Positions 56,216 through 64,000 of a stretch of DNA of 64,000 nt are shown here, piece by piece; the first letter of the stretch is position 1; every line of letters starts with the position of its first letter. Source of the DNA: Octopus sinensis (taxonomy: Eukaryota); contig NC_043020.1 in NCBI RefSeq assembly GCF_006345805.1, positions 23,870,001 to 23,934,000 of the forward strand. The letters are read 5' to 3'. The position numbers were made by a program, and so were the translations under genes. The notes below the pieces were generated by a model, which ran no database searches, was not told the origin of the DNA, and saw nothing but the letters and a program-made list of their open reading frames with translations.

Positions 56216-57674
56216 CATATACATATATCCATACATATATATATATATGTATACACGCGCGGAGTGGAGCACCTGTGGGGTTCCTTATATGTGTTTATAT
56301 GCTTGCTGTATGGCGAGTATAGGTTTATAATTATGTCACGTGACTTTCGTACATAATGCGATTGGCTTGTAAAATACAGGCGCATTTGACATGCTTAAAC
56401 AGCATTGAATTTAGCGCAAATGATTTAATGCTTCTTTTCTCATAATTCCAAGGCGCTCTGCCAATCTATTCACCCTCTTTCTTTCTTTCATTGCATATGT
56501 ATTATGTCTCTGTGATAATAATAGAAAATGATCGTAATAATAATAATAATAATGATAATAATAATAATAAAAATAATAATAATAGTAATAATAGGAATGA
56601 TGGTTTCTTTATTATTACTAGCGGCGTTCTAATGATAACAACAACAAGAACGGAATTGGTTACAAATTCGACAGACAAATTACAAAACCATTTATATCAT
56701 ATGAAGAACTGACAAGTATTTACACTGGACAGTAACCAGCTGGAGTTATAATAACTAAATATTGTTTATCAATTTATCCCGAATATAAAAATGAGTAAGG
56801 AACTAAAAAAAAAAACATGTGCTATGGCTGTTATTGGAAGTGTTAAATTAATTGAAACTGTGGACATTAAATTTAGAGCCAGACATTGAGTATTTTGTTG
56901 TTGTTGTCTAAAAATAAAGACACGATAATGGAGGAACCAGAAGCTAATTATTTTGAAGAATATAGTTAAACCAAGAGAAAACGTTTAAAAAATTGAACGG
57001 ATGAAATGTGAAGGGAATCGCAAAATATGCTAAAATAAAATGAAGGCTTGCAAATAGATTACTTGTGCAAATGCTGCCAACTGAAAACTCCGTTTACCGG
57101 ACGTCAGTGGGCATTATTGGGGTGGGTCCACCAGGATGGAATGTACATCGTTTCGGGACATTTCTCTCGATGGTTTTACCGTTCATTGGCCCTGTAACTA
57201 ATATGAGGCTTTGCACACAGGATCGACTGACGAGTATTTAATTATTGGCATTCAGTCTTAAATATTTTATCTCAGGATTATCATCACCATTCCAGTTGTG
57301 GATTCCTGCCGGTCTCACTTACTACAGAGGCAAACAGGTACCTGTTACCCACCTATACATATTCCTTCCTGAACTAGGTTTCACCATTCCTTTTCAGCCA
57401 TACCCAAAGGCTGTTCCTCGTAAGTATTGACTGGGTTTCTTTCAAGATGAAGTTTGCTTCAAATATTTCAGGCTGATTAATAACAACCACCATCTAGTTA
57501 TGATTCAAATAAAACCTCAACGTCCAATTTCTAAAAGAAAGTGTATTGTACGCACTCAATGGTAAGTAAAGTGTGAGGCATAACACTGGAGGAATGAATC
57601 ACAGGAATATTATTAAGTGTTCTGGACTGAATTCAGTAAGAAGTGTGATTTGTAACTTCAGAAAATGAAGAGCG

Positions 57675-57840
57675 GACAGAATTGTTAGCGTGCTGCGCGA
57701 AAGGCTTAGCGACATTTCCTCCGTCTTAACCTTCTAAGTTCAAATTCGGCCGAGGTCGACTTTGTACTTTCATACCATTTCGAGTTCGATGAAATAAGCA
57801 CCAGCTGAACAGTGGGGTCGATGTAATCGATTTAACTCCA
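57675..57840 (+). mobile_element. SINE family B, degenerate
   Basis: cagaattgttagcgtg..aagttcaaattcggccgaggtcgac..gtggggtcgatgtaatcga. Confidence 0.7.
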
Positions 57841-58344
57841 CCTCCTCCTCCTCCTCCTCCTCCTCCGACGACGACGACAAAGAAATTACTTGGCCTTTAT
57901 CAAAATTTGAGACCAATATATACCTATACCCCGCCTCTCTCTTCAGATGCCAAGGATAAGAGCATCAATGGTCATGGAACTTAATGACAAACTCTGAAGA
58001 CTCATAATTTACCTGTGGAAATATACAGCAGTGGTTGCCTGTATCCTTCTGAGTTTTTTCTGCTAGCCTCCCACCCTCCCAAGTTTACACTTGAGGGACA
58101 GCGTTTATCTAACCCTTAGACAAGGGGACAGGTTCACATGAAGTCGGGACATGTCCACACATTGATGGACCTGTGTAACATGCCAAAGAGCCAACCCACC
58201 TCCGAGTACTGTGTCTCTTAACTACAGGACCATTAGGTTCTATTTGACCCCCTAACTGAGGTCCTTAAGGAGTACTTCCATCTCAAGCTAGAGAGTAGTA
58301 GTAGTAGTAGTAGTAGTAGCAGCAGCTAAGTACAAGGTGAACGC

Positions 58345-58898
58345 TTCCCCAAAAACAGAACCTTGAATAAAGCTGTTTGAATAAAACGACGCAGAGAGAT
58401 AGATCGAGATGAACAGTGGTCCCAGTAAGACGGGGCCACCACTCACGCATCAAATGACTCCCTAGCCTGGCTGAGAGAGCAATTTCAGGAGAGATTGATC
58501 AGCAGGAAGTGTGACGATGACTGGGCACCGTATTCACTGGACTTAAACCACCAGATTTTTATCGAAGGGGGTATCTCAAGGGTAATGTTTACCCGAACAA
58601 CCCTCAAATGATTGGTGAACTGAAGGCAGAAATCACAGCAGAAATCAAGGAAATCCCCAAAGAGGAATGTGTTCAAGTAATTGATCATTTTTGAGCGACG
58701 TATGCAAGTGTGCCTCGAACGCCGCAGAGGCCATTTGGAGCATATTTTAAAAAGAATATGACTTTTATGCAAAAGGAATTATTCTACACAGATCAAAGTT
58801 TAAGTCCAACAAATTTCAAGAAATTTGTTGGAACTTTGTAGGATTTAATAAAATTTTTATGGGTTCTGTTTTTTTTTTTTGGTGGTGGGGACACCCTT
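58345..58898 (+). pseudogene. Tc1/mariner transposase C-terminal relic
   Basis: QWSQ*DGATTHASNDSLAWLREQFQERLISR..DWAPYSLDL..GYLKGNVY..ELKAEI..RRMQVCLERRRGHLEHIL. Confidence 0.8.
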
Positions 58899-59265
58899 TA
58901 CTAAGCCCATACTCCCCGCAACTCCTGAACTTCTGGCGGGAGTTTAAAGTTTTACCCATGGCAAAAACTAAAAATAATAAACTAGCGATAAAATCAAAAT
59001 AAATCGATTACGTAAAAGGTGGACTCAGTGCTGTCAGCGGAATGACACTACGGAGAGCATCTCACGTAGTTCCTGTTGGTTATTGAGGACAGAAGAAGAA
59101 TATAAGATTTTGAAAAACATCATAGATAATGGTCGTTTGCGTTACCTTGGAGATGGTACATGTGGGAACTATTCGGAACAGGCAAGATTCTGTAACATCA
59201 ACAACAACAACAACGACGGCGGCGACGACTAACAACAAGTACTACTACTACTACTACTACTACTA

Positions 59266-59320
<55 letters not shown>

Positions 59321-59822
59321 GAATTACAATAGCAAGTTTGTTGAGTAAGAATTTTCATGGAAATTTTTCTTCTTTTAGTTTAAAAAATGTGAAATATTCA
59401 ACTAAAAATACAAAACTGTAATTTCAATATGTTTGTGCTTCTTGTGACAAAGAAACATTTAAAAAAAAATCTTTTTATCAGTTTCTTACGTTTCCCCATT
59501 GGTTTCCACCCTCCTCACCCGGGGTATCAGGAGAATAATGTCTATCTACATATACCATCTGATCCAACGTTTCCAGAAATTTCTGTTGCTATAGCATCGA
59601 ATGTATTGAAGAACACGGAATTCCTCAGTGTCGACATTGAAGGATGGCGATTGTTACTGTGTAGATTCAGAATTTGATAAACAGTATCGGAATTCTATTT
59701 CTGAAGGCAAAAACACACGCGAACGCGCGCACACCCCAACTACCATACCCCCATTCGGTATCTTAAAATTTATTACAGAGTGAAGTAATATTCGACCTAA
59801 TCTGCATTCAAAGATATAATCA

Positions 59823-60020
59823 CCATGATAGATCGTTAGCCACTACACACATTTTTTTTCTCTCCTTGTTTCTCTCCTTGTTTTTCTGTGTCCCTTTCTG
59901 TAGAGGAGCGAAGGCTCGAAACGTAAAAGACTTTTTTCTATTCCTGAGCGTTATACTAATACATCTGTTTGTTTTGTACACCACCTGTCTTCGTCTTTTG
60001 TTTTTTTCGTAAACTCTCCC
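59823..60020 (+). mobile_element. HHR repeat family A, copy 5 (best preserved)
   Basis: ccatgatagatcgttagcc start; HHR 59894-59929; ends in (TA)n. Confidence 0.8.
59894..59929 (+). ncRNA. Minimal type I hammerhead motif, core variant CUGUAGA (A6U)
   Basis: CUUU-CUGUAGA-G-GAGC GAAG GCUC-GAA-ACGU-A-AAAG; all three helices intact; predicted cleavage after 59925 (GUA). Confidence 0.65.
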
Positions 60021-60069
<49 letters not shown>

Positions 60070-60090
60070 TATAATATATATTATATATAT

Positions 60091-60134
<44 letters not shown>

Positions 60135-60367
60135 TACTCACATATATGTATGTAAGTATGTATGTGTGTGTGTATGTATGTAAGTGTGTCTGTGTGTGCT
60201 TGCGTGACTATTATATATATATATGCATATACATATATATATATATATATCATTTGATAACAGTTTGATTAGGTTTCATGTAATTTCAAGTTTCGTGGCC
60301 AAGATGTATATTAGGTAGTAAAAATCGGGGTTAAAAAGGTTAGAGTGAACTTGCGAGGAGTGGAAGG

Positions 60368-60401
60368 TCCAACGTTTCGCACAGGGGCCATTCGTCAAGG
60401 A
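60368..60401 (-). ncRNA. Degenerate hammerhead-like motif (C3U)
   Basis: UCC-UUGACGA-AUGGCCCCUGUGC-GAAACGUU-GGA; helix I 3 bp, helix II only 2 bp. Confidence 0.3.
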
Positions 60402-60902
60402 GAAGCAGAAAGGAGAGAAATAAATGAAACTGCAGAGTTTTACATCCTCTGAGTTCGAACAGCTTGTCACTGGTAAGGAATACAAGATCGCGAGAGATTC
60501 TTACGTGAACAAGAATTGGTAGAAACATTGTAAGAAGGAAGAGCGAAAGGGTAGTGGAATGAGAAGACAAATCAAAGAATGAAGTGACGGGAAAAGATGA
60601 AGTGAGAATGGTGTTGAAGAGTAAGAAAAGGGTTAATAAACTTTTTATTGTTTTATGTATTTCTGCCTATACGCTGAGGCCACGCTGCTGGCACCTCCAG
60701 TATCATCACATTTTCAACGGCCATTCCTACGTGGTGAATGAATGATGTTGACATGACTGTCCTTGGATAGTGAAGTCTACCCCCATTCCATGATAATTTC
60801 TCCGGATTTATGACAATATAATAAATAGCTGTGCACCTTTGAATCAGTACTTGGTTCTTATGTTGACTGAATGTATAAAATATACTTACGGATATAGTCT
60901 TG

Positions 60903-61224
60903 GGCTCCGTCGGTTACGACGACTAAGGTTCCAGTTGATCCGATCAACGGAACAGCCTGCTCGTGAAACCAGTGGGCAAGTGAGTGAGCACTCCACAGAC
61001 ACGCGTGACCTTCACGTAGTTCTGATGGATATTCAGCGTGAGACGGAACGTTGCAAGGATGTCGCTTTGAAATAAAAGTACAACTCAATTTTGTCACCTG
61101 AATGGACGAGAACAACGGAAAATAAAGTGTCTTGACTGAAGCACGCAAGGCGCTGTCGCGAATCGAACTCATGACCTAACGATCGTGACCCGAATACCTT
61201 AACCACTAAGCCATACGCCTTCAC
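60903..61224 (-). mobile_element. SINE family C
   Basis: ctccgtcggttacgacgac..gaatcgaactc..taaccactaagccatacgccttcac. Confidence 0.8.
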
Positions 61225-61398
61225 TATATACATAGATACATACATACATGCATACATGCATACATGTGCATATCCGTATCTTCAATATTATAGAATGTGT
61301 TTTTATATGTACATATGTATAATATATAAATGTGTGTGTATGTATGTATGTATGTATGTATGTATGTATGTATGCATGTATGTATGTATGTATGTATG

Positions 61399-61451
<53 letters not shown>

Positions 61452-61844
61452 TATATATATTATATATACTTAGTATGTATGTATGTATTACATATATACA
61501 TACATACGTTACGTATATATTATATCGTACCTTGATAGTGTGTGGACTAAGATCCCCGTTGACAGGCCGCCGGTATTTATACAGTGTTAAACACTTTCTG
61601 TATGCAAATTAGGAACTCCTTCACAGAGTAACCACAGCATTTGTTGAGTATATAAACAGTTTGGCTGCTCGTTGCTCTGGAGACTGTTAGACGCCTCTGA
61701 GAAGAACCCAATAAGGTTTGAAAATCGATTAAAGTTGTTCACCACTTTTTTTTCAGTCTGCGGAGAAATGGTTAAAAATTGCCCTGTTTATAATTATAAC
61801 ATATCTTACACACACATACATACATACATACATATATATATATA

Positions 61845-62200
61845 TTCAGGGTAGGTCAAAATTTGTTTTTGAAAATCCAGTGATTTTGTAGGTGCTGATC
61901 GATGACGTTTCTTACACCTTTGTCATAATGAGGAGGTTCTCCTTCTTGCACAAAGATTTTGAATGACGGTATCCAAAATGCGGCCAGAGGATTCTTTCAA
62001 ACACCGCCAGGTAACGATCACTATTCGTCGTCTCTCGTTGAATATGGAATGCACAAATTCCTGAAGACGATATCACCGCCCAAATGACAAGAAAAGTTGG
62101 ATTGACCTGCTTTTCTCAAACCACTTCAAGATCATCTTCTGAATAATAGAAGTAGTTATGGCGTCAGAGAAAATGAGTCGAACAGTTTCTCTAATATACA
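61845..62200 (-). pseudogene. Degraded Tc1/mariner catalytic-domain fragment
   Basis: Minus strand WAVISSSGI..TTNSDRYLAVFE..QEGEPPHYDKGVRNVIDQH resembles the QDGAPPH motif. Confidence 0.55.
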
Positions 62201-62246
62201 AAATCTGTACATCACCTCTAACTACCTACATACGCACCCATCCACC

Positions 62247-62316
<70 letters not shown>

Positions 62317-63179
62317 CTACACGTATTAGGTATAATGCGTGTGTATATGTATATACATATATGAAACATGGGCATTTACACAAACAAACGATATTAGAGA
62401 ACTTGCTCTGTGTAGGAGAGTAAAATATATTTGAAAAAGTCGAGTCCTCTATTGGCAATACATTGTTACTTAACGTTTTCTACTAAGATTTTGACAAAAA
62501 TCATCAAACGACAAATTATCTGATTCATAAGACATCTTAGGAAAATATTGCTTTCATATATCTCGATATTTTATGAATCCTCTGAATTTATCGTTCGTTC
62601 GTCTGATGCTTGGTCTGCATGATTTAATATCGAAACACGAAACTTTTTGTACGATGTATTATCAATAATGGACTATATCATTATGGATACGTATTCTGTT
62701 TCTGTTATGAGTTTCACCTGCTGGTACACAGGGTCCTCAGACCAATCGTAACTTGCTCGAAAACTCTGTGCACCTACACAAAATTCAGAATTGCAACGCT
62801 GTCTAAAAAAATCCATTTTATCCTATCAAGTGTGCTTTCCTCTTTCAACTGAAGTCACACTAAGCGAATATATATGTGTGTATATATGTATGTGCATGTG
62901 CATGTGTGTGCATGTATGTATCTATGAACCTATGTATGTATGTGCGTATGTATATATGTATATATGTGAATGTGTGTGTTTACAAACGCACACAATTACA
63001 CAGTATACATTAATATACGTATATATATACGTACACATTTGCATGTGTATGTATTAATAATTGTCCCCAGAGTTTCTGCAACATACGGCAGCTGTGTAAA
63101 GCCTGTTGGAAGATTATCCAAGACAAGATTCACGTGGAGATAATGTTTAGAAAGAGAACCAGTCGTGAATAACCGAGCG

Positions 63180-63780
63180 TGCTAGTCATTATTTCGCAAA
63201 TAGTGGAGATTTTAACGATACTTGCCTTGTATGGTGTGAAGGGAGGGAGAGAGAGAGAGGAAAGTGGAAAGGGAGAGAGAGAGAGAGAGAGAGAGAGAGG
63301 AGGGTGGAAAGAAAGGGAAAGCGTATGGTATAGAGAGTGAGGTAGAGAATGGTGGTGCGAGATACGTATAGATGTTGAAAGACAGATGGAGAGAAACAGG
63401 AGGAGTAGTATGACAATAGAAAGAAATGTTGAGACAGAAAGGGAGGGAATGAGACAGAGAAAGGCGAGAGAGGAGAGAGAGAGAGAGGGAGAGAAGAAGA
63501 GAGAAAGACAGAGAGAGAGGACAAAAAGAAAAAAAGAAAGAGTGAGATGGAAGAAGGGTTGATTAAGGGCGAAATAAAGAGTTAAGGAACGATGAAGAGG
63601 AACAAGGAAGACGACGTGAATGATGTAGAGAGGTGCAGAGAAAGAATAATAGAATATAGAAAGGTTGCAGAGAAGAAGAAATGGAGGGAGAGAGATAGAG
63701 AAAGAGCGAAAAAGAGGGAGAGATGAAGTAAAGGAAACAAAAGAAGGGGAAAGAGGGAGAGATGAAGAAAAGGAGAGAGA
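63180..63780. repeat. GA-rich low-complexity tract
   Basis: Direct reading. Confidence 0.85.
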
Positions 63781-64000
63781 TGTGAATGGTTACATTAAAT
63801 GAATCGCACCCTGTTTGGGTTGATATCTTCAGTTGGAATCGTGCGGCAGGGTGTTTCCATGGTCTTCGAATAGTAGAGTGGGAGGGCTTGTGCAGAATCC
63901 GTCAATGTGCGTAAATAGCAGCCAAACACCCTTAAATTAACATCATGCCGGAGATTTGTGACTACAGAATTTTAGGTATATATCGTAGTAAAGCGGAATG

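Noticed and set aside
57140-57180. Minus-strand GAGA AAUG UCCC GAAACG hammerhead-like stretch
   Set aside because: Core would need three or more changes

Overview
Eukaryotic, extremely microsatellite-rich, non-coding DNA. The SINE repertoire suggests a cephalopod (Octopus-like) genome; that is inferred from repeat content, not from a search. I found no intact protein-coding gene and no convincing host coding exon. Nearly all long ORFs in the track are translations of simple repeats. What is supported: (1) three tRNA-derived SINE families; (2) a 5'-truncated L1/Tx1-clade ORF2 relic embedded in (TATC)n and a separate orphan gag-like ORF1; (3) four R4/Dong-type RLE retrotransposon relics, each abutting AAT/ATG/AAC-type repeats; (4) Penelope-like element (PLE) relics; (5) Tc1/mariner relics, hAT and pogo-type MITEs, and a non-autonomous TIR transposon that split a SINE; (6) several fold-back and direct duplications; (7) a few unique islands with promoter/insulator-type motif clusters; (8) one 100-N gap. 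The main hunt result is a set of minimal type I hammerhead ribozyme (HHR) motifs in PLE-type terminal repeats. One family with 5 copies consistently lacks the normally invariant A6 of the catalytic core (U in four copies, G in one), while helices I, II and the palindromic helix III are kept. All alignments and folds were done by eye, and most element edges are approximate.
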